DNA of 64,000 nt. It comes from Gemmatimonadota bacterium. Its GTDB lineage: Bacteria; Gemmatimonadota; Gemmatimonadetes; Gemmatimonadales; Gemmatimonadaceae. Below, in pieces: positions 19,848 through 30,137 of the stretch. Both the position numbers and the translations under genes were made by a program. The stretch is from positions 64,307 to 128,306 of the forward strand of contig JAZJZK010000023.1 of NCBI GenBank assembly GCA_040389905.1, given 5' to 3'. The notes beneath the pieces were generated by a model. It was not told where the DNA came from. It did no database searches and saw only the letters and a list, made by a program, of their open reading frames with translations. Every line of letters starts with the position of its first letter. The first letter of the stretch is position 1.

Positions 19848-20651
19848 ATGCGTTGGCCAACCGGTTTCCTACTCAGCGCCGTACTTACCGCGTCGCCATT
19901 ATCCGCGCAGGACCTCCAGAGTCAGCGCGACGCATATTCCTTGAAGGAGCGCGTACCGCCCGGACAATGGCTGCGCGTGCGCAGTCTGAAAGGCGCGATT
20001 CGCGTCACGGCGTCGAACACGGACAATGTTGAAATCGTCGCGGTGAAGACGTGGCGGCGCGGCGATCCGCAGGCGGTTCGCGTCGTCACGCGGCGATCTC
20101 CCGACGGGAGTGTGCTCGTCTGTGCCCTCTGGACGGAGAACACTACCTGTACGGACAACAGCTACACCGTGCGTGGTGCGCGGGGCGCGGGGGCGAGCGC
20201 GGATCGTAGTGATGTGCAGCTGCACTTCGACATCCGAGTGCCGAAGGGAGTGAAGGTCGGCGTGTGGACGGTCAACGGCGACGTCGCCGTCGAAGGCGTG
20301 ACGAGCGACGTCAGTGCGGGAGCGAACAACGGCAACGTCACCGCCGTCAGCACCGGCGGGTTGGTTCGTGCGAATTCCGTCAATGGCAGCGTACATGCGA
20401 GCATGACCCGCTTCAGTGGGAACGAGGACCTCGCGATCACGACGACGATCGGATCGGTCATCGTCGACTTTCTCGAGGACATCAACGCGAACATCGATCT
20501 ATCGACAACGACAGGAATGTTCAGGAGTGACTGGCCTGTGACGATCACCGGCCGCATCGAACCGCGGCGGCTGCGTGCGATCGTCGGGAAGGGCGGGGCG
20601 AAGCTGCGGCTCGCGACGGTGTATGGCGACGTCGAGCTACGGAAGCATTAG
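19848..20651 (+). CDS. DUF4097/adhesin-like beta-strand repeat protein
   Basis: Signal peptide; TVNGDV, NGNV, SVNGSV, TVYGDV repeats. Confidence 0.8.
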   Translation: MRWPTGFLLSAVLTASPLSAQDLQSQRDAYSLKERVPPGQWLRVRSLKGAIRVTASNTDNVEIVAVKTWRRGDPQAVRVVTRRSPDGSVLVCALWTENTTCTDNSYTVRGARGAGASADRSDVQLHFDIRVPKGVKVGVWTVNGDVAVEGVTSDVSAGANNGNVTAVSTGGLVRANSVNGSVHASMTRFSGNEDLAITTTIGSVIVDFLEDINANIDLSTTTGMFRSDWPVTITGRIEPRRLRAIVGKGGAKLRLATVYGDVELRKH

Positions 20652-20710
20652 CACTGCGGGCCTCTCCTGTCATCACGCCCGTGGTTTCCAAAATGGCAGG
20701 AGACCGGGCT

Positions 20711-22993
20711 CTACCCCGGTCCGAACAGGACCAAGCCTCGAATGTTCTGATGTCCTGAGCCTTTCGTTCCCTGGGCACCGCGAGGGCAGGCGCGCGAACA
20801 AGCTGCGTCTGGGGTTTCGCCGCGGGCCCCCGCTCGATCAGTGACGAAGTGTTGCGCGCCACGCACAATGTCCAACGCTCCTTGCATGTAATGAAGACGA
20901 TTCGTCGCATCGAGTTTCGATCGCGCGACGTATGCCCGAAGTTCGCGCTCCGCATGAATCGGCAGCGGCTGTTGCAATGACTCTCGAATCGCCGCGGCGA
21001 GCGGGGCACCAATCGCCCGCTGGTGCCGAGGAAGTGACAAGAGAGCACTCGCCAACCATTTGTCGACATCGGCAAGGATCTGAAGCCCGGCGCTTCCGGT
21101 CCCGTACAATGCCGAGAGCGAGTCCATGTCGAGCCAGACGGCAAGTTGACCGAGAGCCGCATCGGCATCATCGGACGTCATCGACCGTTCAGGTCCTTCC
21201 GCGGCGCTTGCCGCGATGTTGAGCGACGCGACATCATCGGTGACCCTCCCATTGACGTTGCACACAAGACGCCCATCGTCGAGTGCCGCGATCCAACCGC
21301 GGACATTCGCCACCGCCGCCCCCGGCCTGCACCCTTCGCTGTACCTTCCGGCGCCGCTCCACTTTGCCAGCCGAGTTGCCAGCGCGCCCTCATCCGCGGC
21401 GTTTGCCGAAGCACCCTCGTTGTTTCGCGCGGCGTCGGATGTTCGGGGTGCCAGGGGAGGCAGGACGCTGAAGCCGGGTCCGATAATCTGCGATGCGGCC
21501 GCGAGCTTGCGCCGCATGCGCCCATCCGCGTCGAGCAATTCCGCTGCGCGCGCCGGCGGTGCGATCAGGTAGGATCGTATCGTGGTCGCCCCGCCCGGGC
21601 GGCGGACGCGACCCACCCGCTGCGCGAGGCGAGCCGGGTTCCACGGAAGATCGAGGTGGACGACGATGCTCGCGTCCTGAAGATTCACGCCTTCGGAGAG
21701 AAGGTCGGTGGCAAGGAGCAACGTGACCTGCTCGTGCGACGGCGACGCGCGTGCATGCCGCGCGAGAGGCGCGAACCGATCCAGCATTTCCCCTCGACTG
21801 ATCACGCCGCTAGCGATGCGCGCTTGGTGAGAGGTCATCGCGCCAATCCCCACGTCGCATCGCATCGATCGAAAGAATGCCACGATAGTGCTCGCGTACT
21901 CGCTGAACGCGAGGATCCGCTCGTGCGGATGACGGGCACGCAGTTGGCGCAGCGCAGCAACGCGCGCAGGGTCAGGATCGGGAGTGGACGCGATCACCGT
22001 CCGCAACGCGTGCATCGCCTGACGGTCGCCTTCGAGCGCCTCCGAGAGCGCGTCGAGCGCACGTTCCTCGAGCGAACCCTGCATCAGGAGTGACGCAAAT
22101 CCGAGCTGGACGTCCTGTTCCGATCCCTGCCACGCCTGCATCTCGCGCTTCGTGGGTACGCGCCCCTCGGCGAGTCCCTGCTCGATGGCGGCGGAGCGCC
22201 GCTGCCGCGTCGCCAACGTCGAGACGAGTGCGGCTCTGCTCGACGCCCACGCGCGAACGAGCGCAATCACACGCAACGCGCCGGCATCGCCACCATCAAG
22301 GGGTCGCGGCGGAGGTGGAAGGTCGAGCACCGCACGGAGCGTCCGCGAGTCATCGACCTGTACATCGATCCATTCGGGCGGCGCCACGCCTGGGAGGAAC
22401 GCATGAACGGAGTCGTCGCCGCGAACGACAGCGCGCGAGAGCGATGCGAAGTCGAGTGCGAAGGCGCGCTCACCGAGAAAAAGGGCGAGCTGGCTGGCCA
22501 GGTCATCGATGCGATTCTGCAGTGGCGTTGCCGACAACAAGACAACAGGTGCGCGGGCCGCGAGTCGAGCGAGCAGCTCATACCGGCGCGTTGCGCGATT
22601 GCGAAAATGATGCGACTCGTCCACGATGATGCCATCGAAGGGTGCCGACGGCATCGAGCCACGACTCAATGATTCATGCGAGATCACGCGCACCGTCGAC
22701 GCCGTTCGCCGCGCCGCATCTCGCCAGAGGTCTGTCAGTGCTGCAGGGACGACGATCAGTGGCGCCAGCCAGCGCCTGGAGATCGCAAGTGCGACGTACG
22801 TCTTTCCGCGCCCGACATCGTCGGCGATGAGGCATCCTCCCAAGCGACGGAGAATGCGCTGTGCGCGCGACTGAAGCAGACGTTGATCATCACGCAGCGT
22901 GATCGTGCCGACCGTTGCCGCGGGGAGCGCGTCGAGACTCGCGGCGGCGATCGCAGCGCGCGCGCGTGTCAGCTCGCCAGGAGCGCGTGACAC
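20711..22993 (-). CDS. SNF2-like (SF2) helicase/ATPase
   Basis: ADDVGRGKT, DESHH, LSATP, LLSEGVNLQ, LPWNPARLAQRVGR; GTG start inferred, overlapping the MTase end. Confidence 0.85.
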   Translation of the reverse strand: MSRAPGELTRARAAIAAASLDALPAATVGTITLRDDQRLLQSRAQRILRRLGGCLIADDVGRGKTYVALAISRRWLAPLIVVPAALTDLWRDAARRTASTVRVISHESLSRGSMPSAPFDGIIVDESHHFRNRATRRYELLARLAARAPVVLLSATPLQNRIDDLASQLALFLGERAFALDFASLSRAVVRGDDSVHAFLPGVAPPEWIDVQVDDSRTLRAVLDLPPPPRPLDGGDAGALRVIALVRAWASSRAALVSTLATRQRRSAAIEQGLAEGRVPTKREMQAWQGSEQDVQLGFASLLMQGSLEERALDALSEALEGDRQAMHALRTVIASTPDPDPARVAALRQLRARHPHERILAFSEYASTIVAFFRSMRCDVGIGAMTSHQARIASGVISRGEMLDRFAPLARHARASPSHEQVTLLLATDLLSEGVNLQDASIVVHLDLPWNPARLAQRVGRVRRPGGATTIRSYLIAPPARAAELLDADGRMRRKLAAASQIIGPGFSVLPPLAPRTSDAARNNEGASANAADEGALATRLAKWSGAGRYSEGCRPGAAVANVRGWIAALDDGRLVCNVNGRVTDDVASLNIAASAAEGPERSMTSDDADAALGQLAVWLDMDSLSALYGTGSAGLQILADVDKWLASALLSLPRHQRAIGAPLAAAIRESLQQPLPIHAERELRAYVARSKLDATNRLHYMQGALDIVRGAQHFVTDRAGARGETPDAACSRACPRGAQGTKGSGHQNIRGLVLFGPG

Positions 22994-25900
22994 CAGACAA
23001 CGAGCGGTGCAACGTCGTCTCGGCGCACACCATAGGCGCGACACGCCGCGGTCAGGAGCTCTGCGCTCGTCGGGGTGTTGCCGGCCATGGCGCGCTGCGC
23101 GAGAGGCGCCAGAATGTCTCGCGCACGTTCCCAATCCGCGGGCAGCGGAAGCAGTGAGACGGTCCACGCGAGGTACCGGTGCCAACCGCCCCGCGCCGGC
23201 TCCGCGATCGCATTGAGCCATGCCGCCGCGAGCGGAGTATTGAGCAGCGCGGCAAGTGCCATTGCGTCGACAGGATCATCGCAGCTCACGACATAGCAGC
23301 TGTTCAGCGGAACGGTCCGGTCACCGGCGGGAAGGATCGCGGCGCGCGGGACGCGTCCAAAGTCACTCCAGACCACGCGCGTTCTCGACGAATCTGCACT
23401 CTCGGTGCGGAACAATGCCCACCAGTTTCGGCTACCGCGAAGGTCGGTGCGATTCGTGAGTTGTCGCCGCCATGGAGCGAGCCACCGCGACGCACCGGCA
23501 GGAAGCGCGGGAAGTGGCAAGCCCCCTGGCGCGTGCGTCCATACGATGGCGCTGCGAGAATCCGGGATGTTCCACGCGGACACACCGTCGCCGCGGAGGA
23601 GTGGCCGAATGAGCTCGCGCTCCACCATTCCCTTTCTCCCACGATACGCGACGGCGACCGAATCCGCGACGTGATCACCTGCCTCCACCATGAACGCCTC
23701 GTTGCAGCCACATTTCACGCCGAGCATCGCACGCCCGAACGTGCTCTCGCCGAGTGGACGCCCACGAGTCGAGATCCGGTCGAACGCCGTCCGAACGTCG
23801 AGAGGCAGGAGCAGCCACGGACTGCCGGCGTCCCGCTCCTCGAGGCGCAGGGACGATGGCGCGTCATTCCAGTCGACGCTCATCGCGGGGCGACGAACGC
23901 TGACCGCTACCTCATCGGCGTCGTGCGCGGAGCGCGACGCGATGATGACCGAGGGGTATACCGCTGCGTCGAACGCCGCAGGTGCCTCGGACCAGTCTTC
24001 AATGACACGGAGCGATGTTCGCGCCGCGAGCAATCGGCGGACGCCCCCTCCGGCGAGCGATCGCCACAATTTCGTCGGCAGCAGGAGCGCAATGCACCCG
24101 GTATCGGCGGCAAGAGCCACGCTGCGCTCGACGAACAACGCCGCCAGGTCGACCTGCGCCGCAAAGCCGCGCGCCGTATGGCTCTGGCGCGCGCCGCATT
24201 CCCACGCGGCATCGCGGAAAACGTCATACCGCTCACGCAGGGCCAAACGTGTTGCGGCGGGGATGTTGTGCAGGCGCACCCACGGAGGGTTTCCGATGAT
24301 GAGACCGAATCCGCCGCGGGCGTGTGCCGCACCGAAATGCGACGGAAAGGAAAAGGGAAGTGCACCGCCGTCCTCGATGCGCCGGCGCTCGCGCCGGAGT
24401 GCCGCGGCGCGTTGGCGCGTGACGCGCATCTCCGTTCGTGCTTCGGCAGAGGGGCGCGTGCGTTCGCCAAACATGTTGGTGCCGCGTTGCACCTCGAGCC
24501 GTTCGCGCCGGATCCGGGAAAGCGTGTCGAGCTCGCGTGCAATCGCCGCGAGTGCACGCCGGCGCTCCTCGCGTGCGAGCGCCTTGCGCAACGGTGCTTT
24601 GCTCGGACCGGCGGCTCGCACGTAGCGTTCACGCAACCGCATGAGTGCAGCCGGTGGTCCAGCTACCGTCGGGGGGGCTGCAAAGGCATCTCCCGACAGC
24701 GTGTCTCCTACGCGAACACTGCAATCGAGGTTCGGCAGCGGAGGCACCGCGGACATCCGCGTTTCATCGCTCTCGATCACGACGGAAAGCCACAGTCGCA
24801 ATTCACAGAGCCACACCGCCGTCGGATTGATGTCCACGCCGTGAATCGCACGAGCCAGCACATCTCGGCGAATCGCGGCCATGGTGCGTGCGTCACCGGC
24901 AGCGCGGTGCAGGTCGCCCAGTCGTTCGAGGACGTAAACGAGAAAGGCGCCCGATCCGCACGCGGGGTCGAGTACCGTGAACGTGCGAAGCTTCACGCGG
25001 AGGCGATCGGCGAGCGACGGCCGCAGGCGCTCCCCAGCCAGTGCGCGCGCGATCTCAGTTTCCGGTATGCGATCGGTGCTCAGCGCGACCATGAGCGCAC
25101 GATCCGCAACATGCGATACCATGTCCTGCGGCGTATAGAACGCACCACTGACCCGACGTTCGCGCGAGGCCATTAACGATTCGAACGCGCGCCCCAGCAT
25201 CTCGGGATCGATCGCGGCCTCGGACCAGAGCGCCTGACCTTCCCGTCCCGTGAACCTGTACTTGCCGAGGAGGTCGCTGAATAACGCGCCGATCGCCTCA
25301 TCGGAAAAGTGCATCGTCGAATGCCGCCGCTCGAGCGCGCTCTTCGAGAACAATCCGCCGTTGAGGAACGGAATCGCGCCGAACGCTCTCGCGCGAGGGG
25401 CACGACGCCGGAGCGGTGTATTCAGCGTGCCGAAGAACAAGGGCAGAAGTACGCGACGATGAAAGCCACCGCCCGATGCCATGCACTCGTCGAATGTGCG
25501 CGAGAGGAAGGCGCGATCGCCGTCGAGCCAGCCCTTCGTCTCGAGGAAGGAGAGGAAGAGCAGGCGAGAGACACATAAGAGGGCGAGCTCCGCCCGGTCG
25601 GCGGTTCCCACACCCGCCAATGAATCGCCGAGCGCGCGGACCCGTTGTTCAAGGATGCGATAGAACTGTCTCGACAACGTTTCTCGGCCGAGCACGTCGC
25701 ACCAGTGTGCGTAGACCAGGAGGTCATTTCCGGTGCGTCCGGCCGCGAGCGCACAGAGCGCCTCTGCGTCACTGGCGACGATGTGCTCTCGGTGCGCGAC
25801 GAGTGCGACCACACGAGCGCCGCGCTTCGAGGGTGTCCAGCACGCCACGCCGACATCATCATCGGATGAGCCAATGAGGACCCACAGGACGTGCGCAGTA

Positions 25901-26166
25901 TTGCCGGCGAGTGATGCAGCGAGCCGCGTAAACGTCTCGCGCAAGCCTTCACCGCCTCGTGCGGAGAAGAGCAGCGCTCGCAGGGCGGCGTGTCCTCGAA
26001 TGACAAAGGCATCGGCCGCCTCGTCGGAAATCCCCAATCGGCGCGCCGACTCGGCATCGACCGGAACGGGCGTGTCATCGAAGCCGAGCGCCGCCGCGAG
26101 GGCGACTCGTCCATCGACGGTATTTGCTGCTGCGAGCCGCTCTGCGGCATGTCGGAGTGTCTGCAC
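22969..26166 (-). CDS. Eco57I/type IIG-like N6-adenine DNA methyltransferase with TRD
   Basis: IPFLNGGLF, GAFYTP, VLDPACGSGAFL, GVDIN, PLPNL, IIGNPPW; 1065 aa. Confidence 0.9.
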   Translation of the reverse strand: MQTLRHAAERLAAANTVDGRVALAAALGFDDTPVPVDAESARRLGISDEAADAFVIRGHAALRALLFSARGGEGLRETFTRLAASLAGNTAHVLWVLIGSSDDDVGVACWTPSKRGARVVALVAHREHIVASDAEALCALAAGRTGNDLLVYAHWCDVLGRETLSRQFYRILEQRVRALGDSLAGVGTADRAELALLCVSRLLFLSFLETKGWLDGDRAFLSRTFDECMASGGGFHRRVLLPLFFGTLNTPLRRRAPRARAFGAIPFLNGGLFSKSALERRHSTMHFSDEAIGALFSDLLGKYRFTGREGQALWSEAAIDPEMLGRAFESLMASRERRVSGAFYTPQDMVSHVADRALMVALSTDRIPETEIARALAGERLRPSLADRLRVKLRTFTVLDPACGSGAFLVYVLERLGDLHRAAGDARTMAAIRRDVLARAIHGVDINPTAVWLCELRLWLSVVIESDETRMSAVPPLPNLDCSVRVGDTLSGDAFAAPPTVAGPPAALMRLRERYVRAAGPSKAPLRKALAREERRRALAAIARELDTLSRIRRERLEVQRGTNMFGERTRPSAEARTEMRVTRQRAAALRRERRRIEDGGALPFSFPSHFGAAHARGGFGLIIGNPPWVRLHNIPAATRLALRERYDVFRDAAWECGARQSHTARGFAAQVDLAALFVERSVALAADTGCIALLLPTKLWRSLAGGGVRRLLAARTSLRVIEDWSEAPAAFDAAVYPSVIIASRSAHDADEVAVSVRRPAMSVDWNDAPSSLRLEERDAGSPWLLLPLDVRTAFDRISTRGRPLGESTFGRAMLGVKCGCNEAFMVEAGDHVADSVAVAYRGRKGMVERELIRPLLRGDGVSAWNIPDSRSAIVWTHAPGGLPLPALPAGASRWLAPWRRQLTNRTDLRGSRNWWALFRTESADSSRTRVVWSDFGRVPRAAILPAGDRTVPLNSCYVVSCDDPVDAMALAALLNTPLAAAWLNAIAEPARGGWHRYLAWTVSLLPLPADWERARDILAPLAQRAMAGNTPTSAELLTAACRAYGVRRDDVAPLVVWCHALLAS

Positions 26167-26284
26167 GCGAGCAGCCTATCCGGCCGCCTCGCGAACCGCG
26201 TCATCATACTATTGCACGCGCAATCTTAAATGCGCAGATGCGGTGAAACGCGCATTTCGTTTGTTATCGGACACAAGCGCCGAA

Positions 26285-26492
26285 TATCATCCCGGCGAAG
26301 TCGAGGGATCTGCACCTACGCCGTTCAAAAGGATGGTGCAGGCCCTTCGCTTCGCTCAGGGCGACAAAACAAGCGGATTGTCATCCCGAGCGAAGTCGAG
26401 GGATCGGCACCTGCCGCCGTGTACGAGCTGCAGGCCCTCTCGACTCGCGGAGCCTGCCCTGAGCGCAGTCGAATGGGCTCGCTCGGGGTGAC
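26285..26492. repeat. Two tandem GTCATCCCGAGCGAAG-type palindromic REP-like units
   Basis: TCATCCCG(A)GCGAAGTCGAGGGATC occurs twice, closed by CCCTTCGCTTCGCTCAGGGCGACA and GCTCGCTCGGGGTGAC. Confidence 0.75.
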
Positions 26493-26501
26493 CGTGTGAG
26501 C

Positions 26502-27659
26502 TCACTCCACGAGATACTCGCGCCCTTTCCACTCCACGCGCCGGCCCCGCGCGACGGATCGCCCGAAGATGTAAACGAGCATCGCGGAACCAAGTGGGCT
26601 CAACAACGCGTAGAGCGGTGATTCGCCAAGCCACAGATATACTGCGAGCCAGAAGGCGAGGTTCGACGCTGATACGATCGCGGACCACACGAGAACTCCG
26701 TGGCCAAGCCATCCCGCGAGTGCCAGGATGAGCAGCACGGGCGGCACGATGCCGCACAGGCCCGGCATCAACAGTACCAATGGAAACACGACGCGCCCCG
26801 CGACACCGAACGGAATCGTCGAACGCCCCGCCGCGTAGACATTCTTTCCCCAACCGTCGATGATCTCGCGCAGCGACGTGTACATCCGCGTGGAGAGCTG
26901 CTCGAGGCCCAAAAGGAGAACAACGCGCTTGCCGCGCGTGAACCACAGTTGCGCGAGCGCGAGATCCTCAGCGGCCTTGTCACGAACGGCGACGTGCCCA
27001 TCGAGCTCCGCGTAGGTCAGCCGGGAGACGAAAATGCACTGCCCGTTCGCGATCTTGTCACTGGCACGGCGCGAGTTGTTCACGATTTCGGTGCCGCCGT
27101 AGCGGGTGAGCATGACGGCGAACACCTGGGGCTGCACCAGTCGTTCCCAGAAGCTCCCGAGTTCCTGCCGGCCGCCAATCGTCACCATGTCGGCGTTGGC
27201 GTCGAGCATGGCGTTCACGACGCGGGGAACGAGATCGGGCGCCTGCGTCGTATCCGCGTCGAGGAAGCCAATGATTTCCCCCGTGCACGCATCGGCGCCA
27301 GTTGCGCATGCCCACTGCTTGCCGAACCATCCAGGTGGCAGGGGCGGCGGTACGACGAGGCGAAGACGTGAATCGCCCGCCGCAATCGATCGAAGAATGT
27401 CGCCGGTCGAATCGGTCGAGTGATCATCCACCGCAACGACTTCGAGCCGCGGATAGTCTGCCGCGAGCGCCGAGCGCACGCAGCGGCCGATCGAACGTGC
27501 CTCGTTGCGCGCAGGGATCACCAACGAGACCAGCGGCGCATCGCTCCGCGGGACTGGTGACTCATCTGCCAGCGACCGCGATCGTCGCGCCCGAAGGATG
27601 GTGGCAATTGGTAGAGCGACAAAGGGCAGGGCCAGCATGGCCGCTACGAAGGTGGTCAT
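26502..27659 (-). CDS. GT2 family glycosyltransferase (CrtQ/HpnB-like)
   Basis: IPARNE, VDDHSTD, GKQWAC, FLDAD, ANGQC, AEDLALA, C-terminal TMs. Confidence 0.88.
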   Translation of the reverse strand: MTTFVAAMLALPFVALPIATILRARRSRSLADESPVPRSDAPLVSLVIPARNEARSIGRCVRSALAADYPRLEVVAVDDHSTDSTGDILRSIAAGDSRLRLVVPPPLPPGWFGKQWACATGADACTGEIIGFLDADTTQAPDLVPRVVNAMLDANADMVTIGGRQELGSFWERLVQPQVFAVMLTRYGGTEIVNNSRRASDKIANGQCIFVSRLTYAELDGHVAVRDKAAEDLALAQLWFTRGKRVVLLLGLEQLSTRMYTSLREIIDGWGKNVYAAGRSTIPFGVAGRVVFPLVLLMPGLCGIVPPVLLILALAGWLGHGVLVWSAIVSASNLAFWLAVYLWLGESPLYALLSPLGSAMLVYIFGRSVARGRRVEWKGREYLVE

Positions 27660-27713
27660 GCTGGAAAGATGACAGGGGACAGAAATCCTGTCCCCTGTCC
27701 CCTGACTCCTGTC

Positions 27714-27965
27714 TTATCGCCGACTGGTGTTGATCGGACCACCCGACTGGTTCTCGTCCCGCATGTCACTCGACGGCGACCCAGTGCGCGACGACGACTG
27801 ATCACTTCTCGATGAGCCGCTCATTCCGCGAGACGAACTCAGGGAATCGGAATCGGAGCTCGACTGCCCGTCGCCCTGCGACGATCCACGAAGATCACGA
27901 TTGGATTCGCTCGACGACTGGTCGCTGTTCCGGTCGGAGCGCTTTCGGTTTGATCGATTGGTCAT
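27714..27965 (-). CDS. Small Ser/Asp/Arg-rich disordered protein
   Basis: 83 aa, low-complexity and hydrophilic; strong RBS AGGAGG; sigma54-like promoter upstream. Confidence 0.65.
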   Translation of the reverse strand: MTNRSNRKRSDRNSDQSSSESNRDLRGSSQGDGQSSSDSDSLSSSRGMSGSSRSDQSSSRTGSPSSDMRDENQSGGPINTSRR

Positions 27966-28049
27966 GGGTGTCCTCCTGAAACCGTGGACTTCCGCGAAGC
28001 GCTGGATGCGCGGCCCGTCCGCTGCACCAGCTTCACACCGCTGTTCGTT

Positions 28050-28063
28050 GCATATCGGGTGCC
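28050..28063 (-). promoter_or_regulatory. sigma54-type promoter
   Basis: Minus strand GGCAC-CCGAT-ATGC. Confidence 0.5.
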
Positions 28064-28135
28064 TTTCGCGAGACACCGATGAGGTCGCGCGATGGCCGGT
28101 TGCACGATGGAGAAGCGCGCTCTACGTTGCCCAAA

Positions 28136-29035
28136 ATGCGATTGCCACCCGCTCTTGCTCCCGGTGCCCGTGTCGCGCTCGTCGCGCCCTCCGGACCGCT
28201 TCGCAACCCAGGCGAGGTGGACATCGCTGTCACGCAAGCTCGTGCGTTCGGCTGGGAGCCCTGCGTTGGCGCCCATGCGCTCGCGCGACACGGATATCTC
28301 GCCGGTTCCGATGACGAGCGCCTTCACGATTTGAATGCAGCGCTACGCGACGACACGATTGATGGAATTTGGTGTCTCCGCGGCGGCTATGGCGCGATAC
28401 GCCTGCTTGATCGACTCGATGGGGAAGCCCTGCGGCGGCGCCCCAAGGCCATCATCGGCTACTCAGACATTACCGCCCTGCACGCCGCACTCGGCCGCTC
28501 GGCGGGCATCGTCACCTTCCACGGGCCAACCGCGCGCGCACGTGCGACGCCGTTCTCTCTCTCATCGCTGACGCGCGCCGTCATCGCGCATCATGATCCA
28601 TGCGGCCACGCGGACAATGCGCGCACGCTGCGCGGTGGCCGGGCATCAGGCCGCCTCGTCGGCGGCAACCTCGCAATGCTCGCGGCGCTTGCGGGAACTG
28701 CATTCACGCCGGACTACGCGGGCGCCATTCTCGTGCTCGAGGATATCGGCGAGGCGACCTACCGCATCGACCGCATGTTGCGACAGCTGTTGTTGAGCGG
28801 CACCCTCGCCTCGCTCGCGGGCATCGTGTTCGGACATTTCACCGACGGCACAGCGGCCGACGATCCTTCCAGCTGCGCGCTCGACGACGTGTTGCGCGAA
28901 GCGGCGGATTGCGCTGGTGTGCCCGCGTTCGCCGGTGCGCCAGTCGGACATATCGACGACCAATGGACTCTCCCACTCGGCGCCATCGCCGAGCTCGATG
29001 CCGATGCGCACACACTGCATGTAAACTTTGGCTAG
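28136..29035 (+). CDS. LD-carboxypeptidase (peptidase S66)
   Basis: RGGYG, GYSDITAL, GGNL, LEDIGE, GH motifs. Confidence 0.92.
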   Translation: MRLPPALAPGARVALVAPSGPLRNPGEVDIAVTQARAFGWEPCVGAHALARHGYLAGSDDERLHDLNAALRDDTIDGIWCLRGGYGAIRLLDRLDGEALRRRPKAIIGYSDITALHAALGRSAGIVTFHGPTARARATPFSLSSLTRAVIAHHDPCGHADNARTLRGGRASGRLVGGNLAMLAALAGTAFTPDYAGAILVLEDIGEATYRIDRMLRQLLLSGTLASLAGIVFGHFTDGTAADDPSSCALDDVLREAADCAGVPAFAGAPVGHIDDQWTLPLGAIAELDADAHTLHVNFG

Positions 29036-29080
29036 CCGACCAGCTGCAATGCCGTTCACGCACAACCCTTGGGAGCCCCG

Positions 29081-29431
29081 ATGAAGAGTGGCACCGACCT
29101 GATCAACGAATCGAAAGCGCGCATCACGCAGATCGACGCGGCTGAAGCGCTGAGCCGGCATAGTCGCGGAGGCGCAATCTTCCTCGACGTGCGCGACCTC
29201 CAGGAGGTCAACCTCGGCAAGATTCCGGGCGCGCTCCACATCTCGAAAGGCAATCTGGAAACGAAGATCGAAGGCGTGGTGCCGAGGGACGCGGAAGTCG
29301 TCATCTACTGCGCGAGCGGGAATCGGTCGGCGCTCGCGGCGGATACGATGCAGGAGATGGGCTATACCAATGTCTGCTCGCTGGCTGGAGGTTTTCGCGG
29401 TTGGGCGGAATCCGGCGGCGAGATCGATTGA
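29081..29431 (+). CDS. Rhodanese-like domain protein
   Basis: LDVR, IPGA, YCASGNRS, LAGGF. Confidence 0.9.
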   Translation: MKSGTDLINESKARITQIDAAEALSRHSRGGAIFLDVRDLQEVNLGKIPGALHISKGNLETKIEGVVPRDAEVVIYCASGNRSALAADTMQEMGYTNVCSLAGGFRGWAESGGEID

Positions 29432-29456
29432 CGATGTCGGGCGGTCGTCTGCAGTG

Positions 29457-30080
29457 ATGAACGACGCGGAGCTCGACCGCCTCGCGTCGCACCCGGTCGT
29501 CGCGCGCTTTCGACGCTCGCTCGCCGAGCGGCCGGGGGTGGAGATCGAGCCGGTCGGTCCGGCGCGGCTCGCGGCAATTCTCCTCGTGCTGCGCGCTCGC
29601 GCTGACGGCGAGCCCGAACTGCTGATGATCAAGCGCGCCGACGCGGAGGGTGATCCGTGGAGCGGACATATTGCGTGTCCAGGTGGGCGCATGGAGCCCA
29701 CGGACATCGACCTCGCAGCGACCGCCACACGCGAAACGTGGGAGGAGACGGGCATCGACGTGTCGCGCGATGGCCGGTTGCTCGGTCATCTCGACGATCT
29801 GGCCCCGCGCTCCCCGATGCTTCCACCCATTGTGATTCGGCCGTACGTGGCCATCGTGCGCGCGCGTGTCCAGATCGTTCCATCACTCGAAGTGGCGAGT
29901 GCCTTCTGGGTACCGCTCTCCGCGCTCCGCGAACCTGCCTCGTGGGGAATGGGGCTCGTCACCGTGCGCGATGGTCAACGAACCGAGAGCACGTTCCGCC
30001 ACGGCGAGCATACCGTTTGGGGCCTCACTGAGCGCGTGCTCCGGCAGTTCCTCGAGTATGCCGGAGAGATGATCGATTAG
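29457..30080 (+). CDS. Nudix CoA pyrophosphatase family
   Basis: PWSGHIACPGG..TATRETWEETG, VWGLT. Confidence 0.88.
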   Translation: MNDAELDRLASHPVVARFRRSLAERPGVEIEPVGPARLAAILLVLRARADGEPELLMIKRADAEGDPWSGHIACPGGRMEPTDIDLAATATRETWEETGIDVSRDGRLLGHLDDLAPRSPMLPPIVIRPYVAIVRARVQIVPSLEVASAFWVPLSALREPASWGMGLVTVRDGQRTESTFRHGEHTVWGLTERVLRQFLEYAGEMID

Positions 30081-30137
30081 CGATTGTCCTGAAAGATGCG
30101 AATCGGCTTGGGTGTCATCCCGAGCGAAGTGACAACG

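Noticed and set aside
23179..25176. 665-aa plus-strand ORF, and similar long antisense ORFs such as 31169-33025, 48115-49443 and 28646-29755
   Set aside because: Shadow frames opposite motif-rich genes in high-GC DNA; Arg-rich and without recognisable domains
20711..26166. Complete DISARM or BREX system
   Set aside because: No drmA/B/C, brxC, pglZ or brxL genes nearby
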